A DNA stretch of 64,000 nt. Origin: a bacterium (GTDB lineage Bacteria; Bacteroidota; Ignavibacteria; Kapaibacteriales; UBA2268). The translations under genes and the position numbers were made by a program. Every line of letters starts with the position of its first letter. The first letter of the stretch is position 1. Below the pieces are notes generated by a model that was given only the letters and a program-made list of their open reading frames with translations, did not search any database and was not told the origin of the DNA. Shown piece by piece: positions 30,793 through 40,179 of the stretch. The stretch is taken from contig JANJTB010000031.1 in NCBI GenBank assembly GCA_024711295.1, positions 76,097 to 140,096 of the forward strand, written 5' to 3'.

Positions 30793-32697
30793 ATGGGAAA
30801 TAAAAAAGTTAAGCAGAGTAGGAAAAATAAAATTGATAGTACAGTTCAATTATTCATTCCTAACCTAAAAATATTCAGCATTATCTTAGCTGTGATTTCA
30901 ATTGCATTATATGCAAATACTATTAATCACGATTATGTATTAGATGATTATTCTTTAATCAAAGAAAATAGGTTTACAAAGGCAGGATTTGACGGAATTG
31001 GTGACATATTGAGTAAAGATATGTTTGCCGGACATGTTGAAAACTATAATGCTGATTTAGCAGGGGGAAGATACAGACCACTTTCTCAAATTACTTTTGC
31101 AATAGAAGTTGAATTATTCGGACTAAACCCAAAAACTGGACACGTTGGAAATATCTTACTATTTTCTCTTACTTCAATATTTGTGTTTTTGTCATTAAGT
31201 CAATTATTGAAAGATTTTAAATTTTACGATAATGAATGGTATTTGAATGTACCTTTTATAGCTGCTTTGATTTTTGCAATTCATCCAATACATACTGAAG
31301 CTGTTGCAAACATTAAAGGTCGTGACGAAATCATGGCTCTTTTGCTTATATTAGTATCTTTTTATTATTTCCTTAAGTATTATGATTATCAAAAAAGATC
31401 CTATCTGATTGTTTCTGTTGTCGCTTTTTTCCTCGCATTGATGTCAAAGGAAAATGCTATTACTTACATGGCAGTATTACCACTGAGCCTTATATTGTTT
31501 AGAGAAGTTAAAATTTCCGAAAGCGTAAAATCTGTAATTTATCACTTTGTTGTCACAGCACTGTTTTTAATAATTAGGCAATCTATAGTTGGTACAGCAA
31601 AAGAATTACCTATACCTGAATTAATGAATGAACCATTTTATGGCATGACTTTTATTGAAAAATACTCAACAATTTTTGCAACACTTCTATATTACATAAA
31701 ATTACTAATTATTCCCTACCCACTTACCTATGATTATTACCCCTATCACGTAGAAAAACTTAGCCTGATGAACTTCGATTTGGATACAATTTATGCCATA
31801 CTTTTATATTCAGCAATTTTATTTTATGCAATTAAGTATTATAAATCAAACAAAATTATCAGCTTTTCAATTTTTTATTATATAATAACTATATCAATAG
31901 TTTCTAATTTACTCTTTACAATCGGCTCATTTATGAATGAACGATTTGTATTTATGCCTTCTGTTGCAATTGGTTTAGTTATTGCTTGGATTTTATCATA
32001 TTATATATTTAACAGATTCCAAAATAAAATAGTTGTAATTGCATTAATTACTACAGTTTTCATGGCATATACTTACATTACTTTTAATAGAAATCAGGTT
32101 TGGAAAGATAACTTTACACTTATGACAACTGATGTTGAAACATCATCTAACAGTGCATTCGGTAATTTCGCTGCAGGTGGGCAATATTACATAAAAGGTC
32201 AAAAGGAGCAGAATCAAATTGAGAAGCAAAAATATTTCAACAAAGCAAAAAAGCATCTTTATAAATCTTTAGAAATATATCCAAGATATTCAAATGCAGC
32301 ACTCAGTTTAGGAAATGTGTACTACACTGAAAGTAAAAATGCAGACAGTACTATAAAATATTATAAACTATCGTTTGACGTTTATTCTTACAATTACGAA
32401 ACAGCTATTAATTTAGGAAGACTTTACCGAGATAGTAAGAAAGATTTTAAAAATGCAGAATTCTATTTCAAGCATTGCTTCAAAGTAAATCCTAACAGAT
32501 TTGAAGCTTATAATGAGTTAGGTGTAATTTACTTCAACTCAAGAAACTTTTCAGAAGCCGCCTTGATGTTCGAAAATGCAATAAATAGAAATCCCTCTAA
32601 TAAGTTAATATATAAGAACCTTCATGCAGTCTATCTTGCCTTAGGCAATAAGGAAAAAGCAGAAGAATACCTTTTGAGAGCAAATTCAATAAGATAA
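30793..32697 (+). CDS. TMTC-like membrane glycosyltransferase (GT-C) with C-terminal TPRs
   Basis: YVLDD, YRPL, HPIHTEAVANIKGRDE, SKE and ERFVFMPS motifs, followed by TPR repeats. Confidence 0.8.
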   Translation: MGNKKVKQSRKNKIDSTVQLFIPNLKIFSIILAVISIALYANTINHDYVLDDYSLIKENRFTKAGFDGIGDILSKDMFAGHVENYNADLAGGRYRPLSQITFAIEVELFGLNPKTGHVGNILLFSLTSIFVFLSLSQLLKDFKFYDNEWYLNVPFIAALIFAIHPIHTEAVANIKGRDEIMALLLILVSFYYFLKYYDYQKRSYLIVSVVAFFLALMSKENAITYMAVLPLSLILFREVKISESVKSVIYHFVVTALFLIIRQSIVGTAKELPIPELMNEPFYGMTFIEKYSTIFATLLYYIKLLIIPYPLTYDYYPYHVEKLSLMNFDLDTIYAILLYSAILFYAIKYYKSNKIISFSIFYYIITISIVSNLLFTIGSFMNERFVFMPSVAIGLVIAWILSYYIFNRFQNKIVVIALITTVFMAYTYITFNRNQVWKDNFTLMTTDVETSSNSAFGNFAAGGQYYIKGQKEQNQIEKQKYFNKAKKHLYKSLEIYPRYSNAALSLGNVYYTESKNADSTIKYYKLSFDVYSYNYETAINLGRLYRDSKKDFKNAEFYFKHCFKVNPNRFEAYNELGVIYFNSRNFSEAALMFENAINRNPSNKLIYKNLHAVYLALGNKEKAEEYLLRANSIR

Positions 32698-32700
32698 AAA

Positions 32701-33402
32701 ATGAAACTTAACATACATTATTACCAGCATGTAAATCATGAAGGGTTAGCTGCCATTAATAAATGGGCTGATCTTAATGGTCATACACTATCAAAAACTA
32801 ACTTCAAAAATAGCGACAAAATTCCAAATCCTGACCTTTACGATTTGTTAATCGTGCTTGGTGGTCCTATGTCGGTTAATGATGATAAAAAATTTCCTTG
32901 GTTGCTAGAAGAAAAAAAATCAATTAACAGAGCACTAAACGATGGAAAAAAGGTTTTGGGGATTTGTCTTGGAGCTCAATTAATTTCTGATGTTCTGGGT
33001 AGTAAAGTATATAAATCTAATGAATTAGAGATTGGTTGGCACAATGTAACGATGCAAAAGGATTACAAAAGTATTGAGTATTTTTCTGATTTTCCATCTG
33101 AATTTGAATCATTTCATTGGCACGGAGAAACATTCGAATTGCCAGAGGGAACGACTTTGATTGCTTCATCTCAAGCTTGTACTAATCAAATTTTTTCTTA
33201 TGGTGATTTGGCTGTTGGATTTCAATTCCATTTAGAGCAAAATGCTTATTCAATAAACAGGATGATTGAACGGGCTAACGAAAAGCTAACCGGAACTGGA
33301 TTTGTACAAACAAAAGAACAAATAATTGAAAATATTCATAATGCTGATATGAATAATAAACTTATGTTTAACTTTTTGGATAAGTTTACAGAGAAAATAT
33401 GA
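32701..33402 (+). CDS. Type 1 glutamine amidotransferase
   Basis: LGGPMS, GICLGAQ and QFHLE (Cys-His-Glu triad). Confidence 0.9.
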   Translation: MKLNIHYYQHVNHEGLAAINKWADLNGHTLSKTNFKNSDKIPNPDLYDLLIVLGGPMSVNDDKKFPWLLEEKKSINRALNDGKKVLGICLGAQLISDVLGSKVYKSNELEIGWHNVTMQKDYKSIEYFSDFPSEFESFHWHGETFELPEGTTLIASSQACTNQIFSYGDLAVGFQFHLEQNAYSINRMIERANEKLTGTGFVQTKEQIIENIHNADMNNKLMFNFLDKFTEKI

Positions 33403-33770
33403 TATTTGTTATATACGATGGTGACTGTGGTATTTGTACTTCATCAGCAAAATTAATTGATAAGCTAAATAAAAATTCAAAATTATCTACAATTCCCTCC
33501 TATTTATTTGATTTTGATAAATATTGTTTACCAGTTAGTTTTGCAAATGATACTGTTATCTATTTTGATTCAGATACGTCAGAATTATTTATTAAATTTA
33601 GAGCAATCGGTGAAATTTTTAAACATTTAGGTTTTATTCCAAAAGTACTTTCTTACATTCTCAGAAATCCATTCATTCCCTTTCTTATTAACCCCATATA
33701 TGACTTCATAGCTTCAAATCGAGCCCGAATTTCAAGCTGGCTTGGATTGAATACTTGCAAAATAAGATAA
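33399..33770 (+). CDS. DCC1/DUF393 thiol-disulfide oxidoreductase
   Basis: YDGDCGIC motif and Y..IAxNR. Confidence 0.85.
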   Translation: MIFVIYDGDCGICTSSAKLIDKLNKNSKLSTIPSYLFDFDKYCLPVSFANDTVIYFDSDTSELFIKFRAIGEIFKHLGFIPKVLSYILRNPFIPFLINPIYDFIASNRARISSWLGLNTCKIR

Positions 33771-33800
33771 TAAGTAGTTTATTTTAAAAAAAAATTTCTC

Positions 33801-33858
33801 TTTGCTATATTATTAAAATTATTTATTTTTGAATAAGATTATTTAGTCTGATTAAATA
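33801..33858 (+). promoter_or_regulatory. Bacteroidota-type promoter with downstream 9-1-9 palindromic operator
   Basis: TTTG (33801-33804), N19, TATTTTTG (33824-33831); TATTTAGTC-T-GATTAAATA at 33840-33858. Confidence 0.55.
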
Positions 33859-33870
33859 TTTAATTTTAAT

Positions 33871-35403
33871 ATGAAAAAAATATATAAAATATCAAAATGG
33901 TTGCACAAATGGACTAGCATAACAATTAGTGTAATTCTAATTTGGATGTCTTTATCCGGCATACTACTGAATCATCCTGAGCTCATCGAAAACATTTCTG
34001 TTCCTCAATGGATGTTACCAAATGAATATGATTTGGTTAATTGGAACCGAAGTTCAATAATTCAAGCTGAAAGTTCACAGTTTAATAATAAAAATATATA
34101 CTTCTGTGGAAACGAAGGTGTATTTGCTTCGCTTGATGGTGGCTACACTTTTACTAATCTTAGTTTGAATGGTTATCCAAATTCAACATACCTTAAACGA
34201 ACAAAGTCAATAGCTTTGGTGGAAAGTTCAGATAATCCTTACCTTTACGCTGGTACCTACGATGGTCTTTATGTTTTGAACAACACAAGCTCCTGGAAAA
34301 AATTAAATCTTCCTGAAAATGATTCAAAAATTGTTAAACTAGTTAAATTTGGTGATTCTTTACTTGTAGCTTCTGACTCACATATTTATGTTACTGATAT
34401 TCATGGCCAAAGCTTTGCTAAGTTGCCTTTAGAAAGAATTGACAATAACCCTAAAATGACAATGATTGAGTTCTTTTTTCAACTTCATTCCGGTGAATTA
34501 TGGGGACTTCCCGGCAAAATTTTGTTTGATATTGGAGCTATAATACTTATTTTTCTTTCATTAAGTGGATTGTATATTTGGTTATCACCAAAGTACAGAC
34601 ATTTCAAACACAGAAAAAATTTAAAAGTTGGAGCTAGCCATATTGGATGGTTTTACAGAAATCATTTGAAAATTGGTATTTGGAGCTTTGTGATTCTTTT
34701 AGTATTCGCAGTTACTGGTTTATTTATGAGGCCACCATTTATTGCTGCCTTGTTGGGAAGTGATATAGCTTATAAATATTTGCCTATACCCAAACCTACA
34801 AATTACTGGCAGCATAGGATAAGGAATGTTGCTTTTGACCAATCAACGAATAAAATCATAATAGATACAAGAGATGGTTATTGGGTATCTGATAGTGGTT
34901 TGTATGGTAAATTCAGCAACGAAATACCTCCTGTACCCATTTTTGCTATGGGAGCTACTGTTTTGAACAATGATAAAGATGGTAAATTATTGATTGGATC
35001 TTTTGCGGGGTTATTCAGGGTAGAATCATCAGGATATTATGCTGAGAATGTTATCGACAAAGACCAACCTATGGTTAGCTCAGTACGACCGGGAGCAAGC
35101 TTAATTACAGGATATTTCACAGATTCGGATGGTGAAGAATTTATTACTACACACTTCAATGGACTACAAAATGTAAACAATCCGTATTATAAAACAAATA
35201 AATATAAAATGCCAGATTTTCTCTTAGATAATTACTCAATGTCGTTGTGGAACTACCTTTTTGAAATTCACAATGGCAGAATATTTCAAGCTCTGATTGG
35301 CGACTATTACATTTTATTTGTACCCTTACTGGCTTTAATTTTTATAATAGTAATCGTTACAGGAGTCTTTGACTGGATTTATTTGAAGCTTATTAGACAC
35401 TAA
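33871..35403 (+). CDS. PepSY-associated TM helix protein (iron-regulated membrane protein type)
   Basis: LHKW, SGILLNH, LHSG, SGLYIW, TGLFMRPP and IHNGR conserved-His TM motifs; periplasmic propeller segment. Confidence 0.85.
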   Translation: MKKIYKISKWLHKWTSITISVILIWMSLSGILLNHPELIENISVPQWMLPNEYDLVNWNRSSIIQAESSQFNNKNIYFCGNEGVFASLDGGYTFTNLSLNGYPNSTYLKRTKSIALVESSDNPYLYAGTYDGLYVLNNTSSWKKLNLPENDSKIVKLVKFGDSLLVASDSHIYVTDIHGQSFAKLPLERIDNNPKMTMIEFFFQLHSGELWGLPGKILFDIGAIILIFLSLSGLYIWLSPKYRHFKHRKNLKVGASHIGWFYRNHLKIGIWSFVILLVFAVTGLFMRPPFIAALLGSDIAYKYLPIPKPTNYWQHRIRNVAFDQSTNKIIIDTRDGYWVSDSGLYGKFSNEIPPVPIFAMGATVLNNDKDGKLLIGSFAGLFRVESSGYYAENVIDKDQPMVSSVRPGASLITGYFTDSDGEEFITTHFNGLQNVNNPYYKTNKYKMPDFLLDNYSMSLWNYLFEIHNGRIFQALIGDYYILFVPLLALIFIIVIVTGVFDWIYLKLIRH

Positions 35404-35781
35404 AAATGCACGATTTTTATTGAATGCAACGTTGATTTATTAAGATAAGCTATAAATCATTTTAAATTACGCTTTTAAAACATAGACTAGATTGAATTCT
35501 TGTCGGGTTGCTGCTATATGATTTTTACTTCAACCATTCCATTTGAATTAATCTGAAGGTTTTTCTGCAATTTAGATTTGCTTTAATGTAAATACTAACT
35601 AAATAAAAAAACTAAAATGAACAGTTTAGTTTTTCCCTTTGCCGTCAGGATAATATTCACTAATTTTGTAAATCAATTTATTGAGAATTCGTAGATAAGT
35701 GAAATAAAGGATAAAAGTTATAACTGTAGTTTATACTAAAGAGTTTGCATACATTGAACAAGCAACATATTTAACGAATTT

Positions 35782-36987
35782 ATGACTAAGACATTATTAT
35801 TCATATTTCTTGTCTTCAATATTGAAGTAGTCGGGCAGAATCAGAGAATTATTTCTTATAATTTATTTGACAGAACAGTAGATACCCTAGACCTGGTTGA
35901 TTTTGATTCGACTATTGTTAGCGAAATGACCGAATATTATATTGGAAATTTTAATAATGATATTAATCTTTTAAGCGAAAAAGCTCCAGTTGACAATGTT
36001 TTTCCTGGTAGCAATTTTACACGAAAAAGACAAGCTTCTTTAGACTTTGATATAAATAATTACCCTATTAGAACGACTGTTAAATTATTCAAACTTGAAA
36101 ATGATTCAATAAAGAGTAAATGTTCGGGAAGTTTAATTAGCCGAAAGCATGTATTGACTGCGTGTCATTGTGTTGCAAAAATTGATAAAGATTCATTATT
36201 ATATGATTCACTATTTATTTGTCCTGCTTTAGACAATGGAAGAACTAATAACAATTTTGAATGTAGTTGGGTAAAAAAAATATTTATTTTTGAAAATTGG
36301 AATATCTCTAATTCTGACTTTTCAGTTTTAGAATTAGAAAAACCTATTGGAGATGATACAGGATGGATAAGTATTGGATTTGAATCTGATAATGCATCAT
36401 TGTTGGATGGGATATTCTATAAGTTTTCATATCCTGCTACAACTATTCTCACATTAGATTCTAATTCATATAATGGAGATACTCTTTATTATGGCTACGG
36501 TATCGCTGATGTTGTAATGAATAATAGTTTTGGAGTAAAATATACCAATGGTATACCTGGAGAAAGTGGTAGTTCTTTGATAAAAATTAAGAATTATAAA
36601 ACCTATACTAGTTATGGAGTTCTTTCTTGGTCTAACAATTTAAATCATAGCAGATTGACAAATTGGAAATATTATGCACTAAAATCAATTATAAGTAATG
36701 ACCTTGCTGAGTTAAACGATAATATCATAGACATACCAGAAATTTCAATCTTTCCTATTCCTACATCAGATTATCTTAATGTAATTTATTTAGCTGAATA
36801 TAAATTTAACAAACTCATACTTTTTGACTTAAATGGGAGAAAAGTCCTAGAAAAAACAAACCTAACAAATGAAATTCAATTAAATTTATCATTTCTACAA
36901 AGTGGAACATACATTATGATTATTTATTCTGATAAAAGGCATTTTGTAAATAAAATAGTTAAAACAACTGCTAATAACGATTATTAA
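35782..36987 (+). CDS. Trypsin-fold (V8/glutamyl endopeptidase-like) serine protease with T9SS CTD
   Basis: CSGSLI..KHVLTACHC (His), SDFSVLEL (Asp), GESGS (Ser); C-terminal IFPIP...LQSGTY. Confidence 0.85.
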   Translation: MTKTLLFIFLVFNIEVVGQNQRIISYNLFDRTVDTLDLVDFDSTIVSEMTEYYIGNFNNDINLLSEKAPVDNVFPGSNFTRKRQASLDFDINNYPIRTTVKLFKLENDSIKSKCSGSLISRKHVLTACHCVAKIDKDSLLYDSLFICPALDNGRTNNNFECSWVKKIFIFENWNISNSDFSVLELEKPIGDDTGWISIGFESDNASLLDGIFYKFSYPATTILTLDSNSYNGDTLYYGYGIADVVMNNSFGVKYTNGIPGESGSSLIKIKNYKTYTSYGVLSWSNNLNHSRLTNWKYYALKSIISNDLAELNDNIIDIPEISIFPIPTSDYLNVIYLAEYKFNKLILFDLNGRKVLEKTNLTNEIQLNLSFLQSGTYIMIIYSDKRHFVNKIVKTTANNDY

Positions 36988-37070
36988 AACATGAGGTTTA
37001 ATGCACATTGGAGCGTTGAAATATGCTCAATCTTATATGTAGGAAGACAGAAAACTAACACGCAGTCGTT
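36963..37070 (+). repeat. Degenerate attC-like imperfect palindrome
   Basis: Ends AACAACTGC / GCAGTCGTT pair at 8 of 9 positions; internal ATTG(G)AGCGT-TGAA-ATATGCTCAAT stem; overlaps the protease stop codon. Confidence 0.4.
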
Positions 37071-37248
37071 AACTTAAAAAAAAACAACCCTTTTTTGCAA
37101 ACTTTAAGAACATAAGCATCTAGAATAATAATACTTATTTGATAATTTTGACTTTGTTCAAGTGAACACAATATTAATATGTTATTTTCGAATTAAATTA
37201 ATAGAAATCATATAATTATATTTTAAACAAAAGTATTAGGAAGAATTT

Positions 37249-37773
37249 ATGAAGAAGTTAATTTTCACAATTGTTCAAATTATAATGTACTTGTTCTTAT
37301 TTATTTCTGCTTTTACTCCTTTCACTATCAACTACTCTCCTTTTGATTTATTAATTTTGACAATATCCGAACCTTATATTACTTATATTTTATCATCAAT
37401 CTCGCTAGTATTAGTTATATTTAGCATTTTATACAAATTTAAAATAGAATATCCAAAGGGCAGCATTGTAATATTTTATTCAATTTATTTTATATATTTA
37501 TTTTTATGGCTTTTTTCTTTTATTCGAGAAAATGGATTAAATTTAACTATTGTAGTTGTCATTCCAACATTGGCGCATCTCTTGTATTTTTGGATAATAC
37601 TAAAACATAGAAATCGTAGATTGTTATTTCAATCTATATGTTTATCTTTTTCAATATTTCCAATTTTAGCTTTTTTATTGGATGGATATCTGGATTATGG
37701 AGCATACTTATACTCATCAGCATTTCTTGGAGTCTTGATATTAAATATTATTGAAAATTTGATTGAATTATAA
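37249..37773 (+). CDS. Hypothetical multi-TM membrane protein
   Basis: About 6 hydrophobic segments; AGGA upstream. Confidence 0.65.
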   Translation: MKKLIFTIVQIIMYLFLFISAFTPFTINYSPFDLLILTISEPYITYILSSISLVLVIFSILYKFKIEYPKGSIVIFYSIYFIYLFLWLFSFIRENGLNLTIVVVIPTLAHLLYFWIILKHRNRRLLFQSICLSFSIFPILAFLLDGYLDYGAYLYSSAFLGVLILNIIENLIEL

Positions 37774-37964
37774 CAAAGGTAAAGTTATCATAATTATCCA
37801 TCAAAAATATCAGATTATTTGTTTTCAAAATTGTGTTTGAATAGTAATTTATAGGTTCTTAATAATACCATCAGGTTAAGAACATTAATCTGCATTATTC
37901 TGTTTGTAATTTTCAAGATGTAATTTTGAAGAAACTCAGTTTTTTGATTTTTTGCTAAGTTAAT

Positions 37965-37995
37965 AAAAAAAAGGCTGCCATTTTTGGTGACAGCC
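37965..37995 (-). terminator. Intrinsic terminator of the cytochrome operon
   Basis: Minus strand reads GGCTGTCA-ccaaaaa-TGGCAGCC followed by T8. Confidence 0.8.
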
Positions 37996-38024
37996 CATAA
38001 GAAAAATCAAATTTCAGAAAATGT

Positions 38025-38378
38025 TTATTTAGTTTCTGCTTTCAATGACATTAACCATTCTAACATGATTTTAAGGTCTTCATCGCTACCTTTGAAAGGA
38101 ACTGGATGTTTTTTACCATTTAATACTTCGTCTTTTTTCATATACTTAGTAAAGAATTCCAAGTCTTTGTCAGCAGTAAGCGTAGATAAATCAGGTACTT
38201 TATCTGATTTTTTCTTAGCTTCGATGCTGGCAGCAGTTACACTATGGCAAGCAGCACATTTAGCGTCTTCAAAAATAGTCTTACCGTCTTTGCCTTCAGC
38301 AAAAGAGAATTGAACAAATACTGTAGCTAAAAAGCCCATCAAAGCTAAAATAGCAACTGTTGATTTGAATGTTTTCAT
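38025..38378 (-). CDS. Periplasmic monoheme cytochrome c
   Basis: Sec signal (SFA|E), GKTIF..KCAACH, PDL, KKHP; AAGGAG RBS. Confidence 0.9.
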   Translation of the reverse strand: MKTFKSTVAILALMGFLATVFVQFSFAEGKDGKTIFEDAKCAACHSVTAASIEAKKKSDKVPDLSTLTADKDLEFFTKYMKKDEVLNGKKHPVPFKGSDEDLKIMLEWLMSLKAETK

Positions 38379-38414
38379 ATTTAAAATCTCCTTAAAAAAA
38401 AATGTTTTATAAAT

Positions 38415-38897
38415 TTAACTAGAAATAGTCAGTATTTTTTTTCCAGCATCATATTCTGTTTTATATAAAGTCATGTCGGTCGCTGTCGAAAATCCTTTGT
38501 TATCAACTGACTTGCCGTCCACAAAAGAAAAAGTAGCTCCGTGACACAGACAAGTCATTAAACCATCAGACGTATCAGGTAGCGAAACGTTACAATTCTG
38601 ATGTCTGCACAATGCATCCATAACAGTAAAGGTGCCGTCAGCATTATGTTTGATTATTACAGGATCACCCCCATTCACCTTGTCAAATCTTAATACTTCG
38701 TGATTTCCGGGAGTCTGCAATTTTGGGTATTGAGTTAAATCAACATCAAATGAATCACCTGGTTTTGGTTTTGGTGGCAATTCATCTTGCTCGCAAGAAT
38801 TAATTACACTCGAAAAAGCACCTGCAAACAACCCAAAACCAGCAACTTTACCTGTAGCTTTAAGGAATTCTCTGCGTTTATTATATTTATTAGTCAT
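38415..38897 (-). CDS. Rieske [2Fe-2S] protein, Tat-exported lipoprotein
   Basis: KRREFLK twin-arginine motif, lipobox INSC, box I CRHQNC, box II CLCHGATF. Start taken at 38897 (alternative 38903). Confidence 0.9.
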   Translation of the reverse strand: MTNKYNKRREFLKATGKVAGFGLFAGAFSSVINSCEQDELPPKPKPGDSFDVDLTQYPKLQTPGNHEVLRFDKVNGGDPVIIKHNADGTFTVMDALCRHQNCNVSLPDTSDGLMTCLCHGATFSFVDGKSVDNKGFSTATDMTLYKTEYDAGKKILTISS

Positions 38898-38910
38898 AAT
38901 CATCACCCTA

Positions 38911-40137
38911 TTAATAAAATACATGTACTTGGAAAGCCCATTGAGCTGCATATCCTTCAAGATGAGTTTTATCATTGATTCGATATTCAGGCAGAAAAGC
39001 TATGTAAGGCAAAATATATGCCTTAGCACCAAATACATAATGGTTTGTTGTAAAATCACGGTTATCGGCGATATATTTGGTATTACCAGTTTCGAGACGT
39101 GCGTATGCAATTAATGGCTCAAATACCTGATAATTTAGTTCTACAGTAAAGTTATTTGCTTCCAATAAGGTTTGTTTAACTGTACGCATATACTCAGTCA
39201 TCAAAGCAAGTTTATCAACTAATCCTATATTAAAAAACACGTTACCTATATAGTAGTGTTCATTACCGAAATAAATGCCATTGTCAGTCTTTAATGGTGA
39301 ATTAAAGAATAATGTACCACCTGCGAAAACATTTATACCAGGAGCGAGTTCTGGAGGAAATAATACTACTCTAAACACGCTTGACATGTGGTTACCATTA
39401 ACAGGTGCTCCTGCACCCGAAAGTCCAATAGGAATTGATGTTTTTGATAAATTTTCAGAGCTGAACATTCCGAAACTGACGCCAAGCCATGATAATGCTT
39501 CGTAGTCAATCTGGAATCCTAACTCAGCATAATCATCAGGAACTACGGGAATACCTCTCTGACCTGAAGCAATTTGTCTGTTAAGCATGGTGTGGTCTTC
39601 GTATTTTGTGCCTATCGTCGGTTGGAAATACCCTACTCTTATTATAGGTAAATCTTCACCTGGTTTAATAATAGCACTTGCTGCACCCGGTTGCTGACCA
39701 GGGTACCTCATAATTGAGTGAATATCGTAACCAAAATTGTAAAGACCTTCGATTGTAAGCCACTCAGTAGGTTCGTAAGCTAAATAATTAGACCATTGCA
39801 TTACCATGTGCTTTCTTTCTGAAACACCTGATTGTGAGCCCCATCGAGCTGTTTGATAACGAAAGTCAAAACCATAAGTAAATTTATCGTCAAGAAATTG
39901 GTTAGTTTCCTGTGTTAAGTCAAAAAGACCTCTAAGACCAATAGACTCAGGATCAATCAATGCACTCTGATTTCTTGACATCCAACCTGGATTATTCCTG
40001 ATACCACCACCTTGAGTGTTAATATGGCAGCCGGTACATTTAGTACCGTAAGATTGAATTAACGAATATTGCGGTCTTGATTGAACATCCAATACCAGCA
40101 GTACCGTTAGAATTATTATCAGAAAATATTTTTTCAT
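38911..40137 (-). CDS. Cyc2-like fused monoheme cytochrome c / outer-membrane beta-barrel
   Basis: Signal peptide, then PQYS...CTGCH...GGGIRN at the mature N-terminus; amphipathic beta-strands; C-terminal beta-signal FQVHVFY. Confidence 0.75.
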   Translation of the reverse strand: MKKYFLIIILTVLLVLDVQSRPQYSLIQSYGTKCTGCHINTQGGGIRNNPGWMSRNQSALIDPESIGLRGLFDLTQETNQFLDDKFTYGFDFRYQTARWGSQSGVSERKHMVMQWSNYLAYEPTEWLTIEGLYNFGYDIHSIMRYPGQQPGAASAIIKPGEDLPIIRVGYFQPTIGTKYEDHTMLNRQIASGQRGIPVVPDDYAELGFQIDYEALSWLGVSFGMFSSENLSKTSIPIGLSGAGAPVNGNHMSSVFRVVLFPPELAPGINVFAGGTLFFNSPLKTDNGIYFGNEHYYIGNVFFNIGLVDKLALMTEYMRTVKQTLLEANNFTVELNYQVFEPLIAYARLETGNTKYIADNRDFTTNHYVFGAKAYILPYIAFLPEYRINDKTHLEGYAAQWAFQVHVFY

Positions 40138-40179
40138 ATTTATCTCTTGTTATTTTCTAAATATTAAACGAAAATTTTG

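Noticed and set aside
35404-35781. Possible decayed gene or transposase fragment in the intergenic region
   Set aside because: Only short stop-interrupted frames are present and no motif could be assigned with confidence.
38415-38897. Rieske as part of a bc1/b6f complex or arsenite oxidase (AioB)
   Set aside because: No cytochrome b or molybdopterin subunit is in the operon or the window.
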